Shown here one piece after another: positions 13,943 to 28,713 of a stretch of 64,000 nucleotides of DNA. The notes beneath the pieces were generated by a model. That model worked only from the letters and a program-made list of their open reading frames with translations, was not told the DNA's origin and made no database searches. A program made the position numbers and the translations under genes. This DNA comes from Spironucleus salmonicida (lineage: Eukaryota): contig NC_090596.1 in the NCBI RefSeq assembly GCF_000497125.1, forward strand, positions 620,001 to 684,000, in the 5' to 3' direction. Numbering within the stretch: position 1 is the first letter of the stretch; each line of letters begins with the position of its first letter.

Positions 13943-15139
13943 ATGCGCTCCCCTTATAATTATCCACGACCTTTGTCGTCTTTCACAACTTCGCCAACTA
14001 GATAATAACATATGAGACCATATACATCTAAGGCACAGTAATTCTAATTTAGGTTAGATAATTCTGAAGTGTAAAAAGTTGATCTTATTTAGTTATCGAA
14101 TTCTCTATAATAATCGCAATTAGTTTAAGAGTCAGAAATTAATGTTTTGCAATAAGAAAATGAATAATTAAATGCTGCACTTATCCTACTTAAGGATTAA
14201 TTTCATTTAAAAAAACTTAGCTATGACGAAAATTTTTAAAAATTGTAGGATGAGAATTTTTAGCTAAAACGTGAAAATTACTCACTTAATTAACAGAATG
14301 AAATATTTCATAATAAAATTAATGATTTAAATATTTAAAAAAATAACTTTGTGAGACAAAATGTTTAAGTTTTAAATGCGATGGATAAAAACTTTAGTGA
14401 TGAAATACGAGACATTGGTACTACATCAAAAAATCAGCTTATTGTAATTGGTAAACGACTTGATAAAATCAATAGTTATATTAAGTAATTAGAAATTAAA
14501 TTTAATAAATAATAAATAGATAAATAAGTCATAGTTGATGAAATTAATGGATTAGTGTAAGATAAGAAAAATTTACAAAAGGAGTTAATTTTTGCGCAAA
14601 CTAAGGTCTAATCTTAAGATTAAGAAATATAGACTGCAATATTTTCAGAAGAATAAGAGTTAAGACAAAGAATTATTAGTTGTAAAACAGAATTTCCTAT
14701 TTTTCCCACGGTTAGTGATGTTAAAAAATTATTTGCAGCGTTTACTGAGCATGAAAAGCGTTTGTTCTATACATTTATTGATGAAAAGTATATTAATAAT
14801 GTGCTGAAAAGCGTTGACTTATTGGTGTGTCTAGATTTTCATTAAGTTGTAAAGTTTGAGGATTTAGTAATATATTTATAAAACATGTGGGATAAAGATT
14901 TCGAGGTTAAGATAAAGTATTTTCTTAAAAAATATAAGGTAATGTTACAAATTCCTGAACGAATAGGATATTTAGGTATGCCATTGTTCAATACTGATAG
15001 AATTGAAGAGGATGACTCGGAAGATGTTTGGATGATAATAATGGTATGGTTTATAATTTTAGATGGGAAAAAGCATTTTGATAAAGATGATATAATTTTT
15101 AAAATTGAAGATACAGAATTATGCTGGTTTGAACCATGA
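13943..15139 (+). CDS. coiled-coil hypothetical protein (398 aa)
   Basis: ATG 13943 (MRSPYNYPRPLSS...) is in frame with track ORF 14885-15139. The middle is Q/E/K-rich heptads. Confidence 0.7.
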
Positions 15140-15276
15140 TGATATTGAGTATTATGTTATTCCTTTCCTTATTAATATTATTCCTCATTTTTAATATATA
15201 ATTGTTAATTGTATTCATATTAAATTGTCCTATCCATAATATAGACCGATAATAACATATATTAGTCTTTCCGCAA

Positions 15277-18200
15277 ATGTAAGTTAAATTATCAATAGTT
15301 GAAATTAACGGCATCCCTGATGGTCCCATACAATTTACAGCATCGGTTCTAGATAAGCATGTACTACTATAAGAATAAGGAGCATAAATTATTATTTCAG
15401 AAGAAGATTTGTTAGTAGTATTTAATGAATAAAATTCACTTTTTAAGCATAATAAAACAGATTTAAATACATTAGTCACTGTATTGATCAATTAAAGAAT
15501 ATATATTGATCTAATCATGTAACAAACTATAGCTTAAAAAAAGACATAAGAGATTGTTTTTACACCTATCGATTCTTAATACATTGATCTTCTAGTGTTT
15601 TTTAAAAATCCATAATAATAACGTGTTACTAATGTTAATTTATAATTTTCCTAGAATATTTCTCTCATACTTTAAATTGATTTTTAGTCAACTATAACCA
15701 TAAACAATATCGCGACATTTAGTTTAACTGCTATGAATTTTCTTAGCATGCCTACATGCTCATGGGCGTGTGATTTGGTGGTTGATAATGATGTATATAG
15801 ATTTTAATAATTTGAGGTAGAAACCAATGAAAAACTAGACATAAATAAATTGTAGTTACAATAACGTACTTAGCTGTCAATTAATGATATTTAAGCATAT
15901 TCAGAGCTATAAAACACTAATAACTTCTCGTTTTTCGAATCTCATTAGTAATTGGCGAATTATACTTGCAACGCTATATAAGCGTTTGATCTCGGCACAT
16001 CTGAAGCTTTTGAACTATTTTATATATCAAATAGGCCTCTTAATTAAATTTATTGTATTCCAAATCTGTCAAACTAGGTAAATTTTGACAACATTCACGC
16101 AATTTTTTACCCAAAATTTAACCTTCTGAAAAAGCTCCAAATGCTATCTCAGCCGGAATGTTCAAAATTCAAACAACTGAAAGACAGCCCAGTACCACTT
16201 GAAACCATCGGCCCTGTAAATAATACCAAAATTAACGATTTCACGCGTGCACAGCTGTATCAGACCTCACTGATGGACGCACCCTTTGACATAGATCTAA
16301 TGGAATACGCCCTAGTTTTTGAGCTTTCTGGAGCCGAAATCAAGGACCCCACAAAGAAAAATTACCTTCTGAACGTCCTGGACTTCCCCTGCCCGCTGGA
16401 TCTCAAAATTCACGCGATTCCGCTAAAAATCGAAAAGCTGACCGCGCAGCCCACAGACACCAAACCGTCCAAAGGCAAGACAACAGAGGCCGTATATTCT
16501 GACAATTCTCCCAACTACACACTCCGAAACCGCCTCGTAGGGGCGAATTTTCTCGTCGAGCAGCTGCAGAAAACGGCGATTGAGGGCCTCAGCTGCGTTG
16601 GCAAGGACAACGAATTCGTGCGAAAGCTGCTAGCGGGCTATGGCGCGAATTGCGAGAATCAAAATACAGCGAAAACGCTTATAAAGTAGCTCCTGAAGCT
16701 CAATTTCATCGTCGTTCTCGGCGCTGGCACTTCCCCACCACACATCCCTAGCACGCGCTTCCTGGCGAGTGCGCAAAAGCCGATTTCGCTCGTAGGAGAC
16801 TTCAGCCGAAAACTAGCAGGAAACGCGCCAGTTTTGACCCCGAAAAGCGCTCCACTGGCGTTTCACGCCATCGAGCTGAAACCTTCCGCACAGCTCAAAA
16901 AGCACATGATTTCGCTTCTGCAGAGCCTGGCGGAGCGCTACGTCCTGGCGCAGAAGCCAACGAGCTCGATGCTGCAGTCGCTCTCTTGCAAGGAGGCGCT
17001 GGAGGTCGACAGGATCGTCAGGCGCAAGCAGCTGGCGCTGCGCGGCATTCAGGGAAAATTCACGCAGGAAACCGCGAAGGCGCGGCTTGAAATCCAGGAC
17101 CAGCTGAGCATGGGGGAGTTCCAGGAGATCGTGCAGGGAGAGGGCTTTCTGGAGTCGATTGTGCGCATCATCGAGCCGCAGATTCTCGATTTGGCGTAGC
17201 AGGGCTTTTCGAGCCTCAAGGGGCTCATCGCTGAAATTCAGATCATTTTGGAGCACTAGGTGTCGAAATTGAACAGTTTCGCGAGCAAAATTAAGCCGAT
17301 TGCGCACTTTGCGCAAATTAAGCCCACGGGGCTGAAATCGCCCTAAATACTTTCGAATATTAGCTCTCAAGTAGAGATAGATTCGCTGGCATCGAGCTAG
17401 CAGGATGAGCTGGTGATGGAAAATTAGGATACTCGCGTAATTTTAGGCCCTCAGTTGAACTAGATCATTTAGTTAATCTCAACTTATGATGCTTAATACA
17501 TGGAGTATTCTTTTTAAGCACTAATTTCAATTTTAGCTAAAAACCCAATTAGTGCGTTCTCATGTAAGGATTTCAGACTATTTATTTAACTTTTAGTGTA
17601 TTGTGGATTTCTGATGTCATAACCACATGAAATTTAGGCAGTTGAAGATTAGTCTAGGATAAATTAATATCTAAAGTAACCTACCTCGATCGTTATTACA
17701 ATGAATTCAACTCCAGAATTTTAGGCATTTATACCCAGTTCAGTGGCCATGTTGAGTTTGGCTTGGATCAAAACTGAGCGCTTTTTGACAATATTAGCAG
17801 ATTAAAAGGATAAATTTGTTAACTGTTCAGGAGAAATAACTGACGAGGAGGATAAACCTTTAACAGCAAATATGACAACATCTAGCTAACGTGAAAAACG
17901 ATTAGGGGAATTTGTTTAAGAATAAACTCAATAAAACAAATGTTGTGAAGTTAATGAACACGAAAGCTTATAATTACTAAAAAACATTATTGAGGATGAT
18001 GATGACTTTAGTTTAAATATTATTTACAATGGTTTATTAGTTAAGAAAAATGTTTGGAAAAGTACAGATAGCAAAATGGACATATTATCTAAGTTGTAAA
18101 GTTATAAATATACAAAGTAAGATATATCTAGTATTTTAGAAAATATGGGGTTCCCGTATTTTTAAATGACATAGCATGAAAGATTCAATCTTATTTGTTA

Positions 18201-20142
18201 TTCAGACTTAGTTATTTACAATGATGAGGCTGGTAAAAGAAGACAGATGACTATTTATGAAGCAAATAATAAAGATATTGATCTTAGACTTAATAAGCCA
18301 GGAATTTGGATAATTATGTCGTTTTTATACATATTGTGGAAGAAAAACTTAATAAGTGTTAAATAAATAGATATTAGTATTTAAAATGCAGTCAATAAAT
18401 TATATCAAACACATTAGATGGAATTTAGAGGTATTTTATAAGATCTTATTGATAAATAAGAGGAAGATAGATTTATTGCTAGCAGTCAAAGTAGCTATAG
18501 AGCTGGAACAGCTTGTAACTAAAAATAAACTTAATAAGCTCCCACATATGTAAATCTATTACCAAAAGTATAGTCAATTCAATAAGGAATTGATACTAAA
18601 AAGCCTATGGAAAAGCACGTATCGTATAATTAACTAATGGCAATTTAAGAACATATTTGTCAGTAAATGCCTCAAATTTAGCATATTTTACCAACAAGGA
18701 TAGCATTTACTACTGACGAGGAGTATATGGATTATTTATTAAACAAATGTATTCCTGGTGATAAACTAAATATCGAAGATTAAGATCGTATTTACTATTC
18801 GAAAGCAACGGCATTAATTAATCTAAGCGAGTGGTTATGTTTAAGAGGTGAATAAACAATAAGTAAAATGGCATATGAAGAAGCGTAAGTATTTATCTAA
18901 TAAATCAAAACAGATTATAGTTTTGTGTAAACTATGCATTAAAGAGTTCACTTAGTTGTTATCCGTTAATTATTTTTCAGTAAGAATTACAATTCTGTTA
19001 TTGAATATACTGATTTAGTAAAATAATAAGGTGGAATTTTATACTAGAAGATGAAGAACTCGCCTTAATATAATTTACTTCGTTCAAAATCTTTCTTAGA
19101 AGCATATGTTCAAAAAAGAAATGGAGAAAATGTAAAAATTTACAATACTTTCGTTGACATTTTAGCCTTACTAGAAGAAATCAATAAAAATACATTTTAA
19201 GCATATTATGCTTAAAATAAATCTAAAGGTGATTTTGATGACTTTAATAAAGGAAGTACTAATATAGGAGAGATAGGATTTTTTGATGCAAGTTTTGGTT
19301 ATGGTTTAATGACATGTTTTATATCCTGTGTTGGTATAACTGATCATATTAAGTAAATTTACTTACCAATAGACTTTATCAATATAAGAAAAGTTAAGAA
19401 AGATTAATTGCCTATGACAGCGACTGCATTTTTATAAGATTAATCAATTGCGAATGATAGAAATTCATAAGAAACATTAATAAATATGATTAATTCTGGT
19501 GAATTTGATGTTTTAGATTCGGTTTAATAATCTGCTAGAACTGAAGTTGAAGCTTCTAAGAAAAAATAGAAGAAGATCAACCTTAAAACTAATCAAGATT
19601 ATAATGTTAGTGTTACTGTTGACGAATTCTAAGCAATGAGAAAATAAATTATATAAAACTAACAAGAAGGGTTAGTTAGAGACTCTCCAACTAGATAGCA
19701 ATAACTGGTATCAAAACAATAAAGCTTAGTTTCTCAGCATACGAATATTAAATAAGCAGAATAAGTTTAAGATCAATTAAAAGAGACTTATAAATAAATT
19801 TAATCAGCTGCTATGGCATGCAAGTCATTTTTAGATAATTGGTCAGGGTTTGGTCCAGCATGGGCATTATATTCAATAATATAACTAGCAATGGGCAATG
19901 TGTCTGAGGCTAGAATGAGTTCAAGTTTATCTACTCTGTTAAGTCCACAAGTTCCAGAAACTTGGATAGCATGGTCTGCATGTGAGCTTTTCAACGCTTT
20001 AAATGTTAATGGAAGCTATGATGTAATAATGGATGTTTACAAGTAAATAAGTGCGATGGGTGTCACAAAAAGCAAAGCTATTGATATTTGGGAGGAAGTC
20101 GTAAGATTGGTGGAAAGTTAGAAATAGAAGAATAATAAATGA
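15277..20142 (+). CDS. large protein with TPR-like C-terminus, possibly CFAP70-like (about 1621 aa)
   Basis: A single frame runs from MQVKLSIVEINGIPDG through track ORFs 16141 and 16834 to TGA 20140-20142. The C-terminal helical repeats (AWALYSIIQLAMGNVSEARMSSSLSTLLSPQVPETWIAWS) resemble CFAP70 by eye. The family call is tentative. Confidence 0.6.
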
Positions 20143-20228
20143 TTCTAATACTTTACATTATTCAAATATTTTATAATATTTTATCAATTATAATATATTA
20201 GATAATAATATTAAGAATATAATAAACA

Positions 20229-23200
20229 ATGAATTAAATAGATGCAATCCTTAAATATATCAAGAGACCATTAGTTCATTACACACTATCTGAAAATTTA
20301 TAAAATTTATTGTAAAATTATCATAGAACATCACTTTTTAAATCTCTTTCAATGCTACCTCCTACTTTAGTAAATTTCCCTTTATCATTTATAAATTCAT
20401 AAGGCAAGTAAGAAAAAGCATTTATTGAACATGTTAGTTTTAGGTATTTGCCTTTAAGTTCTGAGATCCCATCACCTCATTACCATACTATTCAACCTTA
20501 ATTAAATTAAACATTTGAGAATATATTTAAAAAGTCTGCTTCGGTTAATGGACTTGCCGCATATATCAGAGGTTTAGATTATGATTATTCTGATGAAATA
20601 TTTTCTTAAGTTCATTTTATATCCTCTGACGAAGAAATTCCTACTAATTTGCCTTCACAAGTTATACTAGTGATTTTACCTGGACCAAGGACACCCCCAC
20701 CTAGTTAAAATATTAAAAATACTTTAATTAGAATAAGCTCTGGATTACCATTTACACCACAAGCTATTAATGAATTTTTAGAAATATTTATGGTTGATGA
20801 CTAAAATAAGCTTGATAATCCGTAGTTCTCATCATTCCTACTATAATTTCAATAAAAAATTGCACCAATTGTATTAGATAAGATTTAATAATCACTACTA
20901 TCGACTTCAAAAATTGCTAACTAAAGAAAATTATTTTCATCAGCAAACAATGATGAATTTCGCTTAAAAACTGGTAGCTATTTATACTTACTGAATCTTT
21001 AAACTCAAGCGTCTGATTACTTTAAACTAATCCAGAGTTCAAAATACTTAGTTTTTGCACTAGAAAGACTTAATAGGATTAAGCACTGCCAATTCAGTTA
21101 ATAGTTACTTTTGCTAGCTCAAGATACTGGTAATCTAATATGTAGAAGAATTACAATATTGATGTTTATTTAGTCTAGAGATAATGAAATTTATAATAAT
21201 ATTTTAAGTGGGTAAATAATGTACTCTGAATATGTAAATAGTATTCAAAATGCACATTGCTATTTGATAGCATATGATTATAATAAAAGGTTTGGTATAC
21301 GAAATTTATCATTACTATATAACTCAGTCAAGATATATTTCTTATAAAAAATGTATGAAAACTCATATACTTTGTGCAATGAGTTAATTAAACGAACAAT
21401 TAGGATTAGTGATAATGAACATGTTAAATAGAGTATTCTTACTATTTAAATAGGAAACTCAGTTGGAATAGATAGAGAAAAGTGCTTATAATTTTCAAGA
21501 CAGATTGCTGGAATTAATGCAAAAGCAAAATCTCTTTCAAAAAATTTCAATAATAAATAATTAATTAGCAAGTGGATAGGAAAATAAATGGTAGAAATTT
21601 CTGAGTATCGTGTTATACAAAATGGTATAAGCTAAAATTTTGAAGAAATTGCTTTTAATCAAGATTTTGTTATGGAAAGTTAATTAGAGGCGATTCCATG
21701 TAGTCGAGCTGTTGTAATTTATAGGGCAATGAATACTATCAGAAAAATTCAATAAAATATAGAAATTGAAGAGATAAATCCATTCCTAGAAATTAATGCT
21801 TACAGAAATAAAAATTTATATAAAAATGAGTGTAATCAACTAAACTTGGATAATACACTTTTTAATGGTTGTTTTTGTATAGATAAAAATGAGTTAGTTT
21901 TGAATTAAGCAATTTATGGTAAATATTAAAAAGTTTCTTAATAATATAAAATAGGTGATGATATTTAGATTCTTATATTAGTAAAGTACAAGGCTGCATA
22001 TTTTGATTCAATTGTATCAAATAGCTTATTAATATCAGAAAACTAGAAATTATAAATAACATAACAAATGCCGCTTTCTATTAATGATAATACAATACTT
22101 ATTTTTAGGTTTAAGTTATAAGAAAATGAACATTTTACTCAGTTACAACTCACACTTAATGGCTAATAAATTATATTTACTGTGGATATTAAGTTTATTT
22201 TAAAATCTGAACGAATTTCAAACTTATGTTTATAATTACCTAAAACTATTAAAACAAATCATTATTATTAAGGTAAACTTACTTTAGATAAAGAAGAATA
22301 AACTAATATTTTGTTAACTTCTAATCTTAATTAACATATTTAGTTTGATTCAACAAAGTATTTTTAATTTGATTCTCCTAAAAATATTGATGATGTTCAA
22401 AAATTCTTAGACGTTCTATCCTTAGAAAATACAGATTTATAATTAATAATTTAAAATAAAGAATTTCGTTAAAATGCATTGTCTACCATCTTACTGAAAA
22501 AATTATAGTATAATTTGCTTATTTAAAAACAGTTTAAGGAAGATTTAAATATAACCTAAACAACATCAAATGATATTAATTTTACATTATAATTTTCCAA
22601 ACCAGGAGCATATGTAGTTAGTCTTTATGTGTATGATGGATATCATTTTGCAAAGATCTAATAGCACATAGATGTCATCGAAGGAACCAAAAATATGACA
22701 AAGTTAGCCGGCTATAAAATTGTAAATAAATAGTTGAAATTCTATATTATGCGTGAAAATTAAGATAAAAATTCATTTATTTATTCTAATTATGGAAACT
22801 TAGATAGAATAGGTAAGGTTTCTGCATAAATTACACTATAAAGAAATATGTAACAAGATTAAAATATTGATAGCGTATTTTAGTATTACAAACGAATATT
22901 AATATCAAAAAGCCTAGATTAAATAATTTGCGTAGTAGATGATGCAATACATTAGTTAGATCAAATCACATATATAGAATCTAGCCAAGTAAAAGAACAA
23001 TAGAAACTAGGAAAGTCGCTATTAGAAAAAGATATTAATGGTCTTAATATCATCTATAGTTAATATATATCAAGCATTTTAGCAAAATAACCTATAATGT
23101 TTATCACATTAGATGAATAAAAAATATGGTTTAATTATTCCAAAATGAACCTTGAATTAATTAGTGGATGTGTATATTAAGTATCAGAAGATATTGGGAA

Positions 23201-23393
23201 ATTAAATATCGAACTTTTAAATATAACAGATTATTAATAAACTATTAGTGTCCTAATTCAACCTATTTTAGGATTTGTATAAGGAGATTTAATATTTGAT
23301 ATAATAGTTGAGAAATAATCTTATATATGCAAGGTTTTAGATTTTTATTCCACTATTAAAATTTTTCTAAATGCCTAGTTAGTATTTGAGTGA
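20229..23393 (+). CDS. about 1054-aa protein, tentatively TRAPPC8/Trs85-like
   Basis: ATG 20229 is in frame with GAG TGA at 23391-23393. The segment FSSFLLQFQQKIAPIVLDKIQQ...RKLFSS...EFRLKTGSYLYLLNLQTQASDYFKLI recalls the Trs85 core. The family call is tentative. Confidence 0.5.
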
Positions 23394-23397
23394 GTTT

Positions 23398-24498
23398 TCA
23401 TTAGTGAATAGAGGATATTAATTTAGTAATCTCCTACTAAAATGATTCTTAATGATTACGTCGAACGCTACGGCAGTTAACTTAACCGTTATAAACACAC
23501 TCAACATTTTTAACCCCCACTACACTTTACTCATCATTTCCAAATCCAAATGTATTTGGAATACTTTTTAATACTATATGTTCGTCTTAAAATATATTGT
23601 TGATCATTTCATCTAAACTAAAGCTCTAGTTGATAAAAGATTACTTCATAGGGGACTCTGGTTTCTTGCATAAAATTGCCTTCATCTATTCTTTTGAAAA
23701 TCCAAAATCAGTTGCAATATCTTATAAACTAAACATTTTATCATCCTTTGCAATTACTTTTATTTTACGTTTAGGCCTATAAGTTTATCTGAATATTTCA
23801 GGACGTAGTACTTTTGTCTTTTAAATATCAATATTTGTTTCAATTTTAACAGCTGATACTTAATTTTTAGTATGTATTTCATTTTTAATACGCTTTCTTG
23901 ACATATATGCAATAAACCCTTGATAATCTAATATTTTCAAACAAACCACACTGCGCTTTTAAACATTATCCTATTTACTATGCGTAGTAAGTTCTTATAA
24001 CAGTCCTCTAGCATCATCAATCTTCTAATTCTAGACTTAAAATGTAGCTAAATTAAATTTAATCTAATCAATAATTGTTCTCCCAGAAATCGTCTTTTTA
24101 GCTTCACTTATTGCTTCGCGATAAAGCTCTACTCCAACTTAAAGCGACTTTTGGGTCGCTAATAATTATAAAATTACAGCAGAAAAAAGAGACTTTTAAT
24201 CGCGAAACGGAACCAAATCAACAGTAATGGAGATTTCAGAGAAATCCGCAGTAGAACACCTTCTATTGAATTTTAGGGCTTTTTCCAATAAATTCTCATT
24301 TGTGGTTTTAAGGAGGTATATAATTTAAGAAAATGCGCGGCATTCTAGTGATGTTTTTGGACGTTTTTACAGCAGGGAAAATAACGATAATTAGATATCG
24401 ATTGGGATAGTTGGTAGATACTGCAAAAACGTAACATGCTCTTTATATCCATCTAGTGGAGGATTTTCTGTAGAAAAGAAATCTGTGCATTTTTGCAT
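23398..24498 (-). CDS. hypothetical protein with TPR-like segment (366 aa)
   Basis: MQKCTDFFSTENPPLDGY...QIKFNLATFQVQNQKIDDARGLLQEL..., open to TGA at 23398-23400. Confidence 0.65.
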
Positions 24499-24521
24499 TT
24501 TAAAGTGAAGTGAAAATCCTT

Positions 24522-25913
24522 TCACAGGTCGTCCCTGACCTCAAACGGCCTGAATCCGTCCATATCGCCGCAGTCGACACCGGCAGCAGTCATCTTGCTC
24601 CTGAACACCCTCAGAGCCTCGTTATAAAGCCGCATTACCCTCGCCAGCTCGAACGAAAGCTCTCGGATATTTCTATTTTTGCCCTCCAAAACGTTGTCAA
24701 GCTGGTTGCTGACGCTCTGGGCGACCGCACCGTCCAAATTTGCGGCTGCCATTACCTCGCCCAACGTGGCAGCCTTGTTCTCGAGCTCCTGCTGCAGCCC
24801 AACGATTCGCCTTTCGAGCACGTTCTGCCTGAATGCGCTGCGCTGCGCAACGTCGCTAACGGCGGCCTCAAATCGCGCCCTCAGCTCGTCCCTCTCGCGC
24901 GCCGTGTCCCTGAGTGCGATTTTCAGCTGATCGTTCTCCCACTGCATCTGGCTGTTCAAAAACTCCATTTTCTACGCCTTTGAGGAGTCCTTCGCCAACT
25001 CCTCGTTCAGCTTCTTCTTCTCGTCCAGCTCCTTCCTGAGCTGCTCGACCTCTGCTAGCGCGTTCTACAAGGGCTGCGTCAGCCTCCTGTTCTCCTGCGC
25101 GATTTCGAACATGAGCTGCTCGTTCGCGACCTGGCGCTTCTTCATCTCCTCGACCTCGTCCTTCAAGTTCTTGATGAGCTCCAAATTCGACCCCGTGATC
25201 TGCTGGTAGTACTCCTTCATCTTCGCGAAGTTCTTCTCGTGCTGCTTGATCAGCTGGTCGATTTGGTTGTTTTTAGCGTTTTCGATTTCGCTGATTTCGG
25301 CCTTTCTGCGGATTTCGCTTTCTTGGAGTGAAAATTGCAATTTGAATTCAAATTCTTTCAGCGAAGACCACAATTTCTGCTCATATTCTTCTCTGGAAAG
25401 CGATAACGAACGAGCGGACCGATCTTTCTGGGCCCTCAAAGTGTCCTGGGAGGACAGATTTTGCTCTTTCAGCGTCAGCTTCAGGGCGTCAATTTCGCGC
25501 AGGAGCTCGTTCTCGCGCGTCCTGTAGAAGTCCTCCTCGGCGCGCAGGGACTGCTCCGCTGAGTTCTTGAGAGAGGATGTCGTGTTCTGGTTCTGGTAGA
25601 GCACGTCCTTGATTTTCTGCTGGTAGACGCGCACCGCGACCGCGTGCGACGATGTGGCCTCCTCTAGCTCGCGCTGCAGCGCGGATGCCGTGTTCTTCAG
25701 GTTTGAGGACGTTTACGACTGCACCTCGTATAGAGAAGCGATTTTATCGCGTTCCAGCTAAAAGAAATTGCGCTCCTCCTGCTCTCTGCGGAGGTCTAAT
25801 TTGGTCTGCGAAAGCTGCGTGTTTAGCTGCTCGATTTGTGCTGTGTAGTCGATCGTGCCTTCGGGCACCTTTGCCTTCTTGCCCTTCTTTCCCTTGGCCG
25901 ATTTTGGAGGCAT
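24522..25913 (-). CDS. GAS8: dynein regulatory complex subunit 4 (GAS8/trypanin), 463 aa
   Basis: MPPKSAKGKKGKK..., REQEERNFFQLERDKI, VRVYQQKIKDVLYQNQN, HEKNFAKMKEYYQQIT..NLELIKNLKD and ENRRLTQPL. Confidence 0.92.
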
Positions 25914-26055
25914 TTTTGCGGAAGTGATAGTGCGGAAATGTGGAGTGGTTTTGTCGTAGTTATTAATATTATATAAAGTTAAATAGTTAAAAATATGAAA
26001 AAGAATGTATTGATATTATATAGAGTTTAATCTAAAATTTTCCCTTTACAAACAA

Positions 26056-28386
26056 ATGTCTGACGCTCCAATCTTGTCAAAATACGCATAATATCTTAAT
26101 AAATACAAGCCTGACGCGCAAAGTACAACTTCAGACTACAAAAAACGCTTGGAAGAGTTGAAAAAATAAATTGTATCTCCAGTAACTCAGAAAAATTATA
26201 TTCCTCAAAGCAAATAATAATAACTTTTGACACCTGCCTCGCCGATCAACCCGTCCAAGCTCATAATGGAAAACCAGCTCCAGCTCGACCTTAAGAACAT
26301 TAAGAAACTTCAGACGCAAGCCCAGACGCAGCAGCAGTAGGCAGCGGCCGAGGAAGAAATAGCCCAGCTGTAGCCAAAACTGCAGGAGTATAAGCCACCA
26401 ATACCATCTATTGCGGCAGTTCCAGACGCGCTGATCGACCCAAATCGGCCAGAATTGTCTGCAGAAATTCGCCAAAACTTACGTGAGGCGGACCTCCCAA
26501 AATGGTACAAACAATTAAGTTTTTCACTCCTTCAATAACCCTTTATTGCAGTCCCTAAAAGCACACCCAAGCTGCCTCAAAACGAGCTAGTTTTGGAGCG
26601 CCAGCTCGTCTGCGAGTGCTGTCAAATCCTTTTGGGTGCCAAGCAAACAGACGTGCTTTTCGTCGTCTCGAACGAGCAAAATTGCTCCGTCCAAATCGAA
26701 AATTCACTCTCTTTTTAGCAGAAGCAGACCATTTAGAAAATCATAAATTAGACGATTTCTGACCGAAATTCTGTCATTAAGCATATTCAACTCTATTAAG
26801 ATCAAAACCTATCTAAAATGACCAGAAAATTCGGAAATTTGCTCTACGAAGCCGTGATAACGTTAGACAAAAGCATCGTTAGCATATAATAATCGGCCTA
26901 GATCTTGCTGGAATTAGATCAGAATCTCACCCAAATTTACTTCACGTACCAAATCCTCTCGTCACTAGTCCTTTCGGCCTCGAACAAGCAAGGTGCGCAG
27001 CTCATTCAGCACTTGGAAGAGTTCTATAAGGACCACGCTGGGCTCCCGCACTAGAAAATTGTTTCATATTTGCTCTTTGAAATGCTAAAATTTTATGCCG
27101 AAAATCTGCTTTTTGGCTTCATTTCCAGTGGAAAAATTCCTAAAAACGGGGAATTTTTGGTCGAAAATGTCGAGAAATCGTCAGATTTCCAGTACTTCAA
27201 ACTAAGTAGTCAGCAAGTGCATTTGCTGGATCCAATTGCCTCTGAAATCGTCATTTTGGGCAGAAATTAACACATTTTAGAGCGGTTGAACGTTCACCGA
27301 CAGGACGTCGCCCAGTCGTAGACGCCTTAGCTGCTGCAGCTCGCCTCGAACGGGCTCACAAGCGCTAATTTGGTACGAAAAATCAATTTGGACAACCCGT
27401 CGCCGTTATATCAGTTCGTTCAGCAGCACGCAAAAGCGAGCCAGTAGCTGCTCCTGACGGCTTTGCAGTCTGAGCATCACCTGGTTGCTACTTTCCACTC
27501 AATCAACAAATTCTTCCTTTTCGCACCATCTGACCTCTACCAAATCTTTTTGGAGACCGCACAGGCGGAGCTAGATAAGCCGAAGACGCAAGTGAATCTG
27601 ATACGGCTGAATAACTTGTTTCAGCTGTCTGCGTAAACATCGTCGCTGAAGTTAGACGAAAATATCGAGAACGTGTCGATTTCGACGTCAGAAATGAGCT
27701 TTTTGTAGATTTTCGAGCTCGTTAACTACGGAAAAGTGAGTTCACAGGCGCCTGATAGCGTTCCCAAGATCCTTAACTCACTTCAGCTTAACTTTCGTGT
27801 TAGCTTCCCACTTTCGATCGTTTTCAACGAGGAGCATTTCACCGTTATGAACCTTGTATTCCGACGTTTCCTGCGTCAAAAACTGGTCGAAATCACGCTC
27901 AACTCGACGTGGAAACGGTTAAATGAGCTGAAAGTGACGCGCCAGAGCCGTCGATTTAATTTACTCTACCGTGTGCTCAACAAGCAGCTCAGCTTTGTTA
28001 ACATTTTCAACTTTCACACCAACCTTGCTGTACAGCAGGTCCAGGAGTCCTTCAAGACCAACATGCGTCTAACGGCCTCGCTGGACGACTTTGACAACAA
28101 TCTACGTGACTTTCAGCGCTAACTCATAAAGCGGCTAAAGCTTACCAACCAGGGCACGGTGAAACGCACTGATCGAATTTTCGCTGACTGCCTCGTTTTC
28201 TGCAACTTCGTCGAAAAGAACTTCAGTGTCGAAACAAAGGAGGTCGTGCGTGAGAAGGTGCAGTACCGCGGTGGAGATGCACTAGTGGTAGTTATAGAGC
28301 AAAATCGCACGGCATTGGAGAAGTTGGAAGCGGAGTTTGACCGCAAGCAGCTGGAGTGGGCGAACGAGGCAAGCTTCGACGAGTGA
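26056..28386 (+). CDS. gamma-tubulin complex component (Spc97/Spc98 family, GCP2-like), 776 aa
   Basis: FHSINKFFLFAPSDLYQIFLETAQAELDKP and LQLNFRVSFPLSIVFN...MNLVFRRFLRQKLVEITLNSTW are GRIP-domain-like motifs. Confidence 0.85.
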
Positions 28387-28713
28387 GTGGTGTGAATTAG
28401 AATATTTATGATCTCTAATTGTTAGAGTATCAGATGGTGAATACTATAGCAAAAGAGGCATAATGATACAGAATGCACTATGTGTGAATATTATTCACAT
28501 ATTGAAGTTTTAGTTGAAGTGAGAGAAATGTACAGGTGAGATTTATTGGTTCAATTTGGGTGTTGGGATATGTAAAGGAAAATGTGTGTAGGTAAAGAGG
28601 AGGCGATAGTTCAATTCCTGCTGGGGCAATGAATGCGGCACGGATTATATCAGAAGGATGGTAAAATTTGCGGAAGGTCTAGTTACAGTCCAGAACCGTT
28701 AAGGAGGTAACTA

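Noticed and set aside
23980-24351. Plus-strand 123-codon ORF ending TAG TGA
   Set aside because: It lies fully antisense to the longer, more protein-like minus-strand gene 23398-24498.
28480-28630. Short palindrome TGTGAATA-T-TATTCACA and a B-box-like GTTCAATTCC
   Set aside because: No tRNA cloverleaf could be built, and an AT-rich palindrome this short is not significant.
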